Shown piece after piece: positions 18,496-28,711 of a DNA stretch of 58,816 nt. The notes below the pieces were generated by a model. That model was not told the origin of the DNA. It saw nothing but the letters and a program-made list of their open reading frames with translations, and did no database searches. The stretch is taken from assembly GCA_031370005.1 (NCBI GenBank), contig JANMPT010000112.1, positions 1 through 58,816 on the forward strand. The letters run 5' to 3'. The position numbers and the translations under genes were made by a program. The stretch comes from Bdellovibrionales bacterium. Lineage in GTDB: Bacteria; Bdellovibrionota; Bdellovibrionia; Bdellovibrionales; Bdellovibrionaceae. Numbering within the stretch: position 1 is the first letter of the stretch; each line of letters starts with the position of its first letter.

Positions 18496-19062
18496 ATGGA
18501 TATGAAAAAAACCAAAAGACTTATTCTCAGGCCTCTCGGTGTTTATGACTATGAAAACTGGCAGCAAGCTTATTCAATGCTTCGTCCGGCCCAAAATGAA
18601 TGGGATGAGGGCCCTTGGAAGAGTCGTGAGTTAACGCTCGCAAAGTTTAAGGCTTACCTTAGAAAAACGAGAAGTCTTAGCAAAAATGGTCAGTTCTATG
18701 ATTTTGGAGTTTTTCGAAAAGATGATGGCGTGCTTGTTGGTTTTGTTAGTTTGATGGATATATCACGCATGATTTTTCAAAACGCCTATCTGGGCTATCG
18801 AATTTTTAATAACTACTGGGGGATGGGCTATGCCTCTGAGGCCTGCCTTGCTGGGATCAAAATTGCATTTAAGGAACTCAGGCTTCATCGTATCGAAGCT
18901 GGAATTGAACCTCACAATAAGCCTTCAATTCGTGTGGCGAAAGCGATTGGGCTTCGTAAAGAGGGCCTCAGCCTACGGCGTTTGTTAGTTCGCGGAAGAT
19001 GGAAAGACGTAGCTATTTACGCCGGAACATGCGAGGATTTTGGGGCGAGGTATCGAAAATGA
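18496..19062 (+). CDS. GNAT acetyltransferase, RimJ/RimL type
   Basis: KTKRLILRP, AYLGY, WGMGYASEA, LHRIEAGIEPHNKPS. Confidence 0.9.
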   Translation: MDMKKTKRLILRPLGVYDYENWQQAYSMLRPAQNEWDEGPWKSRELTLAKFKAYLRKTRSLSKNGQFYDFGVFRKDDGVLVGFVSLMDISRMIFQNAYLGYRIFNNYWGMGYASEACLAGIKIAFKELRLHRIEAGIEPHNKPSIRVAKAIGLRKEGLSLRRLLVRGRWKDVAIYAGTCEDFGARYRK

Positions 19063-19607
19063 TTTTATTTTTAGTTTTTTTATCCCAAATGGTTTTCGCC
19101 GCTCCGGCGACCACATTGGAAGGTCAATATATGCATTTCTGCTATACAATCGGAGAGGATACACTTGCTTCGACGGTGCAGATTCAAGGCGCTGAGTGGG
19201 TACAGACTCATCGAGCTTTCGAAGATGAAAAATGCCAAACACCCTATCTGACTTTTGAAACTCGTTACCAAGCTCGAGTCTCAGGTTCGAGCTTGGATCT
19301 CAGGATTGAAGAGGTATCGTATAGTTCATTGACTGATGAAGTGACTCGCGCCCTAAATGAAATTAGTTATTGCGGCTTCAGCGATTGGGAAACTCAGCAG
19401 AAGAAAATCGTAACAGGTCATCTTTGCAATGAATTTCAGACACCAAAAGTCTCCCAAGTTATCTATTCTACTTATAGCTTGCAGACAAAGCCCGACGGGA
19501 GCGTTGAGCTTTATTTAGGGACCTCGAAGGCAGGTGAAGATGGGAGCACTCCTCAGAGTCGCCATCAAGGTCTTGAGACTATTCCTTACAAAAAAATAGT
19601 CCCTTGA
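19059..19607 (+). CDS. Secreted hypothetical protein
   Basis: ATGA overlap with the GNAT stop, signal peptide MILFLVFLSQMVFA, four Cys. Confidence 0.75.
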   Translation: MILFLVFLSQMVFAAPATTLEGQYMHFCYTIGEDTLASTVQIQGAEWVQTHRAFEDEKCQTPYLTFETRYQARVSGSSLDLRIEEVSYSSLTDEVTRALNEISYCGFSDWETQQKKIVTGHLCNEFQTPKVSQVIYSTYSLQTKPDGSVELYLGTSKAGEDGSTPQSRHQGLETIPYKKIVP

Positions 19608-19608
19608 T

Positions 19609-19974
19609 TTAGAAAGGCTTAGCAATCGCAAGCCAAGCCGCGGTTGTCCCTAAGCCAACAAAAAGAACAATCAAGGGCCAACCAATTTGGCCCTTTCTTT
19701 TTACTAAGGCGATAGAGCCGCCTAAGAGCACCCAGATTCCAATTTTTGCCTGCGCCCATAAAGGGATATTTCCCATGAAGCCCATTCTAGCAAGAAGTCC
19801 GAAGCCACCAAATAGCATTAAAAGAAGCCCTAATCCATGGGTAACGAAAGCCATTTTTTTTGCTGATCCCGTGAAGGCAACTCCTGCCATTTTTAAAGTC
19901 AAGGCCGCGCTTAAGCCAAAAAATAAAAGCATAAGGCCGGTAACGTGGAGAATCTTATAGAACTCATATGACAT
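19609..19974 (-). CDS. SirB2-like 4-TM membrane protein
   Basis: YEFYKILH, HGLGL, WAQAK, C-terminal AKPF. Confidence 0.7.
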   Translation of the reverse strand: MSYEFYKILHVTGLMLLFFGLSAALTLKMAGVAFTGSAKKMAFVTHGLGLLLMLFGGFGLLARMGFMGNIPLWAQAKIGIWVLLGGSIALVKRKGQIGWPLIVLFVGLGTTAAWLAIAKPF

Positions 19975-19997
19975 GTTGGACTCCTTTTTTTGGGGAA

Positions 19998-21059
19998 TTA
20001 TTTTTCATCTGAAAGTTTTAAATGTTTCATGATTTGTCCTAGTTTTTTACGCATTTTAGTGAGGTGAATCATGTTTGCTAAAGTTTTTAGAGAATCTTTT
20101 AAGGGCTGTAAAGGATAGCCACCATATTGACCAGCCACGCTAATATCATTGGTGACTGCTGAAAGTCCCGCAATCATAACATTGTCAGTGATGTCTATAT
20201 GATCAGCCACGGATGCGCGGCCGCCAGCCATGAAGTTTTTGCCGGTTTTGCTGGAGCCAGCAACCATAAAGCCAGCAGCCAGTAGTGAATTCTGGCCAAT
20301 GACACAATTATGAGCAATGTGAACTAGATTGTCGATTTTTACTCCAGAGCAAATGCGAGTCTCCGTGAGGGCTGCTCGATCAATAGTGCTGTTTGCACCA
20401 ATTTCAACGTGATCTTCGATAACGACTTTGCCATTTTGTGGGATTTTTACGGGGCGAGAGTCTTTGAGTGGCACAAAGCCAAACCCATCGGCGCCAATTG
20501 TTGCATGGGGTTGAATTTCGCAAAAAGCGCCGATTTCACAGTTCGCTCCCACAAAAACTTGAGGATGAATAATCGTGTTGTTGCCAATATGTGCATGGGT
20601 TTCAATGACTGCATTGGCTCCGATAATGCTGTTGTCTCCTATATGAACTTCCGCGCCAACAACGGCACAGGGGCCGACAATCACGTTCTTACCGAGTCGT
20701 GCGCTTGGATGAACGAAGCTCCTCGGATGGATGTGTTCCTCTTGTTGGAAGCGCTGAATTTTTTTATCAAAAAGGCCTCCGACCATAGCCATCGCCAACT
20801 GTATATGGGAAGTCATGAAGAAGCAGGCATTGGATTTTTCAGGTATGGTCAGGCTTTTGTGGGCAACGATAATCGAAGCATTGCGTTTGAGGGAAAGCTC
20901 TAGCTGGTCTTGCTTAGTGACGAAGACAAGTGTCTCCGGCCCAGCGTGTTCAGGCGGAAGGACCTTTAATGCCTTGGCGCTTAAGGGTCCATGAACGTAG
21001 TAAAGAACCTCTCCCGAGGTTCCATCTTGAATTTCATGAATTTTCGAACCAGATATCAT
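19998..21059 (-). CDS. lpxD: UDP-3-O-acylglucosamine N-acyltransferase
   Basis: Hexapeptide repeats, [33 protein letters not shown]. Confidence 0.95.
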   Translation of the reverse strand: MISGSKIHEIQDGTSGEVLYYVHGPLSAKALKVLPPEHAGPETLVFVTKQDQLELSLKRNASIIVAHKSLTIPEKSNACFFMTSHIQLAMAMVGGLFDKKIQRFQQEEHIHPRSFVHPSARLGKNVIVGPCAVVGAEVHIGDNSIIGANAVIETHAHIGNNTIIHPQVFVGANCEIGAFCEIQPHATIGADGFGFVPLKDSRPVKIPQNGKVVIEDHVEIGANSTIDRAALTETRICSGVKIDNLVHIAHNCVIGQNSLLAAGFMVAGSSKTGKNFMAGGRASVADHIDITDNVMIAGLSAVTNDISVAGQYGGYPLQPLKDSLKTLANMIHLTKMRKKLGQIMKHLKLSDEK

Positions 21060-21204
21060 AAACACCTCTTTAGTGATGCTTTGCACAAGAGAATCCTATT
21101 ATTTTTTTGATGTCAAGAGTACGGTTAATAGTATAAGTCTCCTTACGTTAAGGTATTTTGACCATTCAGTTAGATCTTCTTAAAAATGAGGAAGGACATC
21201 GTCG

Positions 21205-21705
21205 ATGGCTAAGAAAATTGCCAAAAAAGAAACCAAAAAGTCTGTTTCAAAGGTGAAAACTGTTGCGAAGCCAGTTGCTAAAGCTGCAGCAAAGCAGACA
21301 GCTAAGGTGAAAGCTCCGGCTAAGTCTGTAGAAAAGCCGGTAAAGGCTATTGCTGAGGAGTCTGCATCGGTTGTAAAGGCGAACTCTGTGAAGGCAGAAA
21401 AACCACCAAAACCACCGAAGGCGGAAAAACCACCAAAACCACCGAAGGTCCCAAAAGAGACTAAGAAGGCAAAAGCAGAAAAAGCCGCATTTATGGACGG
21501 TCAAGCTCGCTGGGGTGATCTCTTTCAGAAATATAAATCTGAGAAACCGCAAGTTTATAACATGTCTGCACAGTTTGAGGCCAATAAGCCAATACAACAT
21601 AAGGTTTTGGGTTGGGGCTTTGTTTTGTCGAATGAAAATGATCGCTTAGAAGTCTTGTTTGAGCAGGGAGTTAAGATGCTCATTAGTAACTATAAGACAG
21701 CTTAG
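21205..21705 (+). CDS. Lys/Ala/Pro-rich protein with a C-terminal Tudor/SH3-like domain
   Basis: Basic low-complexity N-terminus; C-terminal IQHKVLGWGFV...RLEVLFEQGVKML. Confidence 0.8.
   Translation: MAKKIAKKETKKSVSKVKTVAKPVAKAAAKQTAKVKAPAKSVEKPVKAIAEESASVVKANSVKAEKPPKPPKAEKPPKPPKVPKETKKAKAEKAAFMDGQARWGDLFQKYKSEKPQVYNMSAQFEANKPIQHKVLGWGFVLSNENDRLEVLFEQGVKMLISNYKTA
21391..21448 (+). repeat. 27 bp in-frame tandem duplication (KAEKPPKPP x2)
   Basis: aaggc(a/g)gaaaaaccaccaaaaccaccg occurs twice. Confidence 0.9.
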
Positions 21706-21754
21706 TGAAAAATTTATTGCTTAGCTTCCAAAACTCACCTAAATATTGAGGGGC

Positions 21755-21973
21755 ATGGCAAAAGACGATTTAGCTCAATTAGATGGTAAGGTAACGGATG
21801 CTCTCGCTGGGGGCATCTATAAGGTTCAGCTGGACAACACTGTAGAAATTTCTGCAAAGTTGTGCGGTAAAATGCGCCGATTCAACATTCGTGTTGTCGT
21901 GGGTGACCGGGTGACCGTGGGGGTTTCTCCATACGACCCGACTCATGGCCTTATTATGTTTCGTCACAAATAA
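21755..21973 (+). CDS. infA: Translation initiation factor IF-1
   Basis: MAKDD...GKMRRFNIRVVVGDRVTVGVSPYDPTHGLIMFR. Confidence 0.96.
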   Translation: MAKDDLAQLDGKVTDALAGGIYKVQLDNTVEISAKLCGKMRRFNIRVVVGDRVTVGVSPYDPTHGLIMFRHK

Positions 21974-22015
21974 TTCATTTGATCTCTCCTATTCATTTAG
22001 CAAAATAGAGGCACT

Positions 22016-24373
22016 ATGGATCAGGCTCTTCAGGGTTATCTCTCGCGTATCATTCCAACGGTTTCCGCAAAATCCTCGGCTGCAGTTATTGAACTTGCAG
22101 CTGAAGGCGGAACTGTCCCCTTTATCGCTCGTTACCGTAAGGAAAAGACCGGAAATCTCGATGAAGTTCAAATCCGTGCCGTTCTTGAAGGTCATGAGAC
22201 GTACAATGAAATTGTGAAACGTAAAGCTTTCTTAGTTAAGGAAATCGGCGAGCAAAAGAATCTCACCGCCGAAATCAAGAAGCGTATTGATATTTCTTGG
22301 GACCTTGGGGAGCTTGAAGAGATCTACAGACCCTTTAAGAAAAAGAAAAAAACCAAAGCTACGATGGCGCGAGATGCAGGCCTTGAGCCATTGGCAAATT
22401 GGATTTGGGAGATGGGCCACGGTCTTGTAAAGGATGAAGCCACTATGGAGATGAAGGCCAAAAACTTCATTAATCCAACTCATAAAATTGTAACATATGA
22501 AGATGCACTTAAGGGCTCTCAAGACATCTTGGTTGAAAAAATCGCTAATGATGCAGATCTTCGCTTGATGGTAAATAAGAACTATATGGAGAAGGGCCGT
22601 CTGATAGCGAAAGCGGCGAAGGGTTACAAGCCTCACTCTAAATTCGAAATGTATAAAGAGTTCGAAGAGCCTGTAAAAAGTCTTTTCGAAACAAAGAGTT
22701 CTCATCGTTATATGGCAATGAGACGCGGCTGGCAGGAGGAAGAGCTTTCTGTCGAAGTAAAGGGTGATGAAGAAGAGCTGCTGAGGGCCTATGTCGCCTA
22801 TGCAACTAAAAATCCGGATAATGCAATTGGCGACTACTTGGCTCAAAGCGCACGTTTGGCTTTGAACGTTTACGTAGTTCCTTCTGTTGCAAATGAAGTT
22901 CATCGCGTCTTAAAAGAAAAAGGCGATGAGGATGCAATCCGAGTTTTCGCTGAGAATGTGCGTAAACTTTTATTGGCGTCTCCATACGGGCCAAAATGTA
23001 TTTTGGGCGTGGACCCAGGGTTGAGAACAGGCTGCAAGGTCGCTTTGATTGATAAAGGCGGAAACTTTATTTCCCATACAGTTCTTTATACTTTGGGGGA
23101 CAGTGCAGAAGAAAAAGCTAAAGTTCTTTTTAAAGAAGTTCTGAAGCAAATTCAAATCGAAGCCATTGCTGTTGGTAATGGAACTGCAGGGCGTGAGACG
23201 GAAGTCTTTCTAAGAAAAATTTTGAAATCTCTTGATTCAAATATACCTGTGGTTATGGTGAATGAGTCTGGCGCCAGTGTATACTCAGCATCAGATGTGG
23301 CTCGGCAAGAGTTTCCGGAATTAGACATCACTGTGCGTGGTGCGATTTCGATTGCCCGTCGTTTGCAAGACCCTTTGGCGGAGCTGGTGAAAATCGATCC
23401 AAAATCCATTGGGGTTGGGCAATATCAACATGATGTAAATCAGTCCTCTTTAAAAAAATCTTTAGAAGCAGTGGTCGAGTCCTGTGTGAATAACGTGGGC
23501 GTTGATTTGAATACAGCTTCAACTGCATTGCTTTCTTTTGTGTCGGGTATTGGGCCGGCCTTGGCTAACAATATTGTAGAGCATAGAAAAGCCAAGGGCC
23601 TTTTTACGGATCGTTCTGAACTTTTAAAAGTTCCTAAGTTTTCCACAAAAGTTTATGAGCAAGCCGCTGGGTTCCTGAGAATTCAGGGTGGCAAGGTTGT
23701 TCTTGATAATACGGGAATTCATCCAGAGCGTTACACGGCTGTTCATGATATGACTCATGAGCTTGGTTGTGCGATTCCTGATGTTGTTGGCGAAGGTGCT
23801 AAAAAACTTCTTACTTTGAAAAAGAAGTGGGCAACCCTGATTGGCGAGTTCACTTTCGAAGACATTATCAAAGAGCTTGAAAAGCCAGGACGTGACCCTC
23901 GTGATCCGTTCAAGGTTTTCCAGTTCCGTGATGATATATTTGAAGTCAAAGATCTAAAAGAGGGCATGATTTGCTCTGGTATTGTAACCAATGTCACGAA
24001 CTTCGGCGCCTTTGTCGATATTGGTGTTCATCAGGATGGTTTGGTTCATATCAGTGCTTTGTCTAACAAGTTTGTGGATGATCCTCGTAAAGTTGTGAAT
24101 CCCGGTGATCATGTTAGTGTGAAGGTTTTGAAAGTGGATATGGAGAAAAAACAAATTTCATTAACAATGAGATTAGATGAAGCTCCAGAACACAAGGCTC
24201 CTCGTGAGATGAAATCAACTCCTCGACAGGGCGGCGGAAGATCGCCGCAAGCCAAACAGCCTGCGCGTCAAGTTGGGCGTAGCGCGGATCGTGAGCAGCG
24301 TGGGGGCAAACCAGCTAGCAATCCGTTCAATAATCCATTTGCAGCATTATTAAACGTAACTGACAAAAAATAG
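22016..24373 (+). CDS. tex: Tex (YhgF) transcription accessory protein
   Basis: TVPFIARYRKE, DPGLRTGCK, RRLQDPLAELVKIDPKSIGVGQYQHD, S1 domain. Confidence 0.97.
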   Translation: MDQALQGYLSRIIPTVSAKSSAAVIELAAEGGTVPFIARYRKEKTGNLDEVQIRAVLEGHETYNEIVKRKAFLVKEIGEQKNLTAEIKKRIDISWDLGELEEIYRPFKKKKKTKATMARDAGLEPLANWIWEMGHGLVKDEATMEMKAKNFINPTHKIVTYEDALKGSQDILVEKIANDADLRLMVNKNYMEKGRLIAKAAKGYKPHSKFEMYKEFEEPVKSLFETKSSHRYMAMRRGWQEEELSVEVKGDEEELLRAYVAYATKNPDNAIGDYLAQSARLALNVYVVPSVANEVHRVLKEKGDEDAIRVFAENVRKLLLASPYGPKCILGVDPGLRTGCKVALIDKGGNFISHTVLYTLGDSAEEKAKVLFKEVLKQIQIEAIAVGNGTAGRETEVFLRKILKSLDSNIPVVMVNESGASVYSASDVARQEFPELDITVRGAISIARRLQDPLAELVKIDPKSIGVGQYQHDVNQSSLKKSLEAVVESCVNNVGVDLNTASTALLSFVSGIGPALANNIVEHRKAKGLFTDRSELLKVPKFSTKVYEQAAGFLRIQGGKVVLDNTGIHPERYTAVHDMTHELGCAIPDVVGEGAKKLLTLKKKWATLIGEFTFEDIIKELEKPGRDPRDPFKVFQFRDDIFEVKDLKEGMICSGIVTNVTNFGAFVDIGVHQDGLVHISALSNKFVDDPRKVVNPGDHVSVKVLKVDMEKKQISLTMRLDEAPEHKAPREMKSTPRQGGGRSPQAKQPARQVGRSADREQRGGKPASNPFNNPFAALLNVTDKK

Positions 24374-24381
24374 GGGGCCAG

Positions 24382-24471
24382 ATGGCTAAAGTGAATAAAA
24401 AAAGATCACGTCTTAAGGCAAAAAGACTTAGCAAAAAAAAGAGAATGACGAAAGCAAAGTTTCGTAAGTAA
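24382..24471 (+). CDS. Unannotated 29 aa highly basic peptide
   Basis: MAKVNKKRSRLKAKRLSKKKRMTKAKFRK*; G-rich RBS just after the tex stop; fills the whole gap. Confidence 0.65.
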   Translation: MAKVNKKRSRLKAKRLSKKKRMTKAKFRK

Positions 24472-24481
24472 TTCAGTCGCC

Positions 24482-25243
24482 TTAGGGGGAGTTCTTTGCC
24501 AAGATCTCCTTTGCAATTTCAGCAAAGCCAAGGCCGCCTCGGCTTTGCGCAATATGGGTGGGCTTTTGTTTTAGATCAGCGAGGAAGGTTTGGATGTTCG
24601 CCACTGCGTAGGAGCAGGGGAAATAACCAAACATTGGTTCATCGTTGGGCGAGTCGCCGCTAAATGCGCAGACTTTTTTAGCCTCTTCAGGACTTATTTT
24701 AAACTCCGTTTGAAGCAGAGCCAGAGTCATTGTCAGTTTGTCGTAATTGCCAAACCAGCCATTTACATGGATTGAAGAGACTTTGGCTTGAGCGCCGTTT
24801 TGTTTAAATATAGCCACAATTTTTTGAACTTCTGATTTTGGTAAAGGCAAAACGTCTTCGCAGAAATCGATAGCTAAATCCATCAAACGACAAAATTGAT
24901 CACTTGCTAAGGCGCAACCCGGAACTTTGCTAAGAATTTCCTTTTCGATTTTGTTGAGCTTTTCGCGATTTTCTTTTTGCACTTGTGGGTCGAAGAAAAA
25001 ATTCCGATACATTTTTTTATTATGGTAACGGAAATAAAATCCACCATTTTCTCCAACCACGGCGGCCACCGGCCATTGGCGAGCGATCATTTCACACCAG
25101 CCAGCAGGACGTCCAGTGATCGGGATGACATGAACACCGGCTCGAAACAAACTCCACAAAGATTCGTAGGCTTCTGGACCTAAGAGCCCATCATCTGTGA
25201 GAGTGTCGTCAATATCGGTAAGTAAAAATTTAATATTAGACAT
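24482..25243 (-). CDS. HAD-IIB family hydrolase
   Basis: TDIDDTLT, ITGRPAG, SGDSPNDEPMF. Start moved to the ATG at 25243. Confidence 0.9.
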   Translation of the reverse strand: MSNIKFLLTDIDDTLTDDGLLGPEAYESLWSLFRAGVHVIPITGRPAGWCEMIARQWPVAAVVGENGGFYFRYHNKKMYRNFFFDPQVQKENREKLNKIEKEILSKVPGCALASDQFCRLMDLAIDFCEDVLPLPKSEVQKIVAIFKQNGAQAKVSSIHVNGWFGNYDKLTMTLALLQTEFKISPEEAKKVCAFSGDSPNDEPMFGYFPCSYAVANIQTFLADLKQKPTHIAQSRGGLGFAEIAKEILAKNSP

Positions 25244-25373
25244 TCTTCGATTATAGTCGGAGCTGGTTAGGAAGCGCAAAGTCAAAATTTGTGCTTGCGC
25301 GGTTTTGAAATCCACCTCATGGTTTGTCTATATATTAGTGGTGCCTACGCATGATGATGATGAAGGTATATAG

Positions 25374-28073
25374 ATGGCAAAGAAATCAGCAGATGGTATT
25401 AAATTAGTAATAGTGGAGTCTCCGACAAAGGCAAAAACCATTCGTAAGTTTCTCGGCAGAGACTATGTAGTTGAGTCCTGCATGGGACACATCCGCGACT
25501 TGCCAAAATCGGCAAAGGATATTCCTGAAAAAGTAAAAAAAGAAAAGTGGGCACAGCTTGGAGTGAATGTAGATAAGCACTTTGAGCCTCTTTATTGTGT
25601 CCCAAAAGATAAGACCAAAGTTGTTAAAAATCTTAAAGAAAAACTCGAAGGAGCCTCAGAGCTTTACCTCGCGACGGACGAAGACCGCGAAGGTGAAAGC
25701 ATTAGTTGGCACTTACTTGAAGTATTAAAACCCACTGTGCCAACAAAACGCATGGTATTTCATGAGATCACAAAAGAGGCGATTCTAAAGTCATTGAAGG
25801 ATACGCGTGAAATTAATTTTAACTTGGTAAAGGCGCAGGAAGCGCGCCGGGTCTTGGATCGTTTGGTGGGATATACAATTTCGCCTTTGATTTGGAAAAA
25901 AGTTTCTTATGGTTTGTCGGCTGGCCGCGTTCAATCAGTGGCCGTGCGCCTAATTGCAGAGCGAGAGCACGAACGCATCCGCTTTAAGAATTCAAGCTAT
26001 TGGGGTGTTCTTGCTCATCTAAAAAAAGATGATGTGGATTTTGAAGCTCGTTTGCAAAATGTTAAGAGTCAGCGCATTGCAACTGGTAAAGATTTTGATG
26101 GCACAACAGGAAAACTTGTTGCTGGAAAAGATGTTTTGATTCTTGATGAGGCCAAAGCCAAAGACCTCGTAAACTCAATTAAGTCAGGCGCGTGGACTGT
26201 GACGGATGTGGATGAAAGACCCACCACTCGCAAACCGGCGGCACCATTTATCACCTCAACTTTGCAACAAGAAGCCAATCGCAAGATGGGACTCAGTTCT
26301 CGTGAGACAATGCAGGTGGCTCAAAAACTGTACGAGCAAGGTTTTATAACTTACATGAGAACGGATTCGACTTTCTTATCAACTGAAGCTATTACGGCCT
26401 CTCGCAATGGTATTCAGCTAAAATATGGCAAAGAGTTTTTGCCTGATCAGCCGCGAACTTATGCGGCAAAAAAGGTGAAGGGGGCTCAAGAGGCGCATGA
26501 GGCAATTCGCCCAGCGGGACAAGAGTTCATCGATCCAGATGAAACAGGACTTATTGGTACACAATTTAAACTTTACGATATGATTTGGAAACGTACTGTT
26601 GCCAGCCAAATGGTAGACGCTCGCCAAAAACAAGTCAGTGCAAAGATTCAAGTTGGCGATGCTCTTTTTGGTGCCTCCGGTATGACAATTGAGTTTTCAG
26701 GGTTTTTGCGGGCCTATGTTGAGGGCAGTGATGATCCTGAGGCTGAGTTGTCAGTACGAGAAATTCGTCTTCCGGCTTTGAAGGCCAAAGACACAGTGAA
26801 GGTCACAAAAGTGGATCCAACCTCTCACGAAACCAAACCTCCAGCTCGTTATACAGAGGCCAGTCTCGTGCAAACTATGGAGAAAGAAGGTATCGGGCGT
26901 CCTTCGACATATGCTTCGGTAATTGGGACAATCGTTGATCGCGGTTATGTTAGAAAAAATGGAACGGCTTTAGTTCCTACGTTCACAGCAATGGTAGTTT
27001 CAAAGCTTTTAAGTCGTTATTTGCCTCAATATGTAGATCTTGGTTTTACATCGGAAATGGAAAAGTCACTTGATGATATTGCAGACGGAGATTTAGAGCT
27101 CGAAAAGTATTTAAAATCGATTTACTTTGGACCTAAAGGACTTAAAGAGCAAGTTGAGCGTCAGGCCGACAAGATTGACCCAGAAGAGGCGCGCACCATT
27201 CAGTTAGAAGGCATGGATAAATACAACTTTCATGTGGGTCGCTATGGCGCTTACTTGACCTCACAACGAAATGGCCAAGATGTCAGTGCCTCATTACCTG
27301 AAAGTGAATCTCCGGCAGATATCACCCCAGAAATTGCTGAAAGACTTATTGATCAAAAAATCAATGGTGCAGATTCCCTTGGAAAAGATCCAAAAACAGA
27401 TAAGCCGATTTATGTTTTGAATGGGCGCTATGGTCCTTATGTGCAACTGGGTGATGTGGGTACTGAGGATGATAAGCCAAAGCGCTCCTCTTTACCTCCT
27501 GGGGTTCAGCCAGAGGATGTTACTTTGCCAATTGCGCTAGAGCTTTTGAGTTTACCAAAAGTGTTAGGCGAGCATCCAGGAACAGGTAAAGAAATTAAAG
27601 CGGGCCTTGGTCGCTTTGGTCCTTTCGTTGTCTGTGATGGGGACTATCGCTCGATTCCAAAGGGCGAGAGCCTTTTTAGCATGACACTAGAAAGAGCCAT
27701 TGAAATGCTAAGCGCGCCCAAAAAGGGTCGTGGCAAGGCTGCTCCCTTAAAAGATTTGGGAGTTCATCCTGGCAGCCAAGAAGCTATTCAGATTTTCAAT
27801 GGTCCTTATGGCCCATATATCAAATCAGGGAAGACCAACGTATCTTTACCAGAAGGTGCAAGGGTGGAAACGGTGTCTTTAGAGCAGGCAATTGAATTGA
27901 TCAACGATAAGGCGGGGATTCAGACCAATACCAAGCTCAAAGTTAAAGTTAAAACAAAGGCAAAGCCAAAGGCGAAAAAAACACCGGATAAAAAGAAAAA
28001 AAATGAGCAACTGATGGTCACGAAGATTATTGCCCGTAAAAAATCAGTTGTTAAAAGCAAGGAGGAGAGATGA
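25374..28073 (+). CDS. topA: DNA topoisomerase I with C-terminal repeats
   Basis: IVESPTKAKTI, ATDEDREGE, SAGRVQS, ITYMRTDS, GRYGPY repeats, Lys-rich tail. Confidence 0.98.
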   Translation: MAKKSADGIKLVIVESPTKAKTIRKFLGRDYVVESCMGHIRDLPKSAKDIPEKVKKEKWAQLGVNVDKHFEPLYCVPKDKTKVVKNLKEKLEGASELYLATDEDREGESISWHLLEVLKPTVPTKRMVFHEITKEAILKSLKDTREINFNLVKAQEARRVLDRLVGYTISPLIWKKVSYGLSAGRVQSVAVRLIAEREHERIRFKNSSYWGVLAHLKKDDVDFEARLQNVKSQRIATGKDFDGTTGKLVAGKDVLILDEAKAKDLVNSIKSGAWTVTDVDERPTTRKPAAPFITSTLQQEANRKMGLSSRETMQVAQKLYEQGFITYMRTDSTFLSTEAITASRNGIQLKYGKEFLPDQPRTYAAKKVKGAQEAHEAIRPAGQEFIDPDETGLIGTQFKLYDMIWKRTVASQMVDARQKQVSAKIQVGDALFGASGMTIEFSGFLRAYVEGSDDPEAELSVREIRLPALKAKDTVKVTKVDPTSHETKPPARYTEASLVQTMEKEGIGRPSTYASVIGTIVDRGYVRKNGTALVPTFTAMVVSKLLSRYLPQYVDLGFTSEMEKSLDDIADGDLELEKYLKSIYFGPKGLKEQVERQADKIDPEEARTIQLEGMDKYNFHVGRYGAYLTSQRNGQDVSASLPESESPADITPEIAERLIDQKINGADSLGKDPKTDKPIYVLNGRYGPYVQLGDVGTEDDKPKRSSLPPGVQPEDVTLPIALELLSLPKVLGEHPGTGKEIKAGLGRFGPFVVCDGDYRSIPKGESLFSMTLERAIEMLSAPKKGRGKAAPLKDLGVHPGSQEAIQIFNGPYGPYIKSGKTNVSLPEGARVETVSLEQAIELINDKAGIQTNTKLKVKVKTKAKPKAKKTPDKKKKNEQLMVTKIIARKKSVVKSKEER

Positions 28074-28690
28074 GGAAATCACTAGCAATACTATTTATTT
28101 TTTCATTTTTTCTGAGCTCACTTAGTCATGGCAAGTGGATTGATCCTGAAGAGGAAGCTATGAAAAACCACCAGGTAAGAGCGTGGCGAGGGGTTGATTT
28201 TACTTTTACTGGATTTTCGTCATCTACAGGCACTAGTGCGGTGACCTACCGAAATGCGGTTAATGATTTCTGGGGATGGAGTGCAGGGGCTGGGGTTGAC
28301 TCCTTAGGATGGTTTTTTACCGGAGGCGGGAACTATTTCTTATATAACTCGCCCCATTCAACCTGTTTTTTTGCCTTTTCATGTCACGGTCAGATTTTGG
28401 CAGGTGCAGGCCTCTATTATGCTAATGGTGGACGGCGAACCTTTACAAATAATGGGGTGGATACCATCTATGACCAGGGGAGCTCCATTTATGCCCTGCC
28501 ACAGGTGTCTTTTAGATCGATTTACCGGGAGTTTTTTTCACTGACTCTAGATGCAGGCTATCGAGTTATGGTACAAAGTCCAGACATCCATCGTAGCTAT
28601 GGTCCTGACGTTCCAAGCAATGTTAATGAGATGGAGAAAGCCAATGCCAATGGCCTTGGTGCTTCAGCCTCCCTTGGCATTGTGTTCTAA
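28070..28690 (+). CDS. Small outer-membrane beta-barrel protein
   Basis: Signal peptide, beta strands, C-terminal LGIVF; ATGA overlap with topA. Confidence 0.75.
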   Translation: MRKSLAILFIFSFFLSSLSHGKWIDPEEEAMKNHQVRAWRGVDFTFTGFSSSTGTSAVTYRNAVNDFWGWSAGAGVDSLGWFFTGGGNYFLYNSPHSTCFFAFSCHGQILAGAGLYYANGGRRTFTNNGVDTIYDQGSSIYALPQVSFRSIYREFFSLTLDAGYRVMVQSPDIHRSYGPDVPSNVNEMEKANANGLGASASLGIVF

Positions 28691-28711
28691 GTCGGCCTTG
28701 AGGTTTTTTGC

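Noticed and set aside
22232..23997. Minus-strand ORFs inside tex, and similar ones inside topA, prc, fusA, the S8 gene and uup
   Set aside because: Shadow ORFs fully overlapping well-supported genes.
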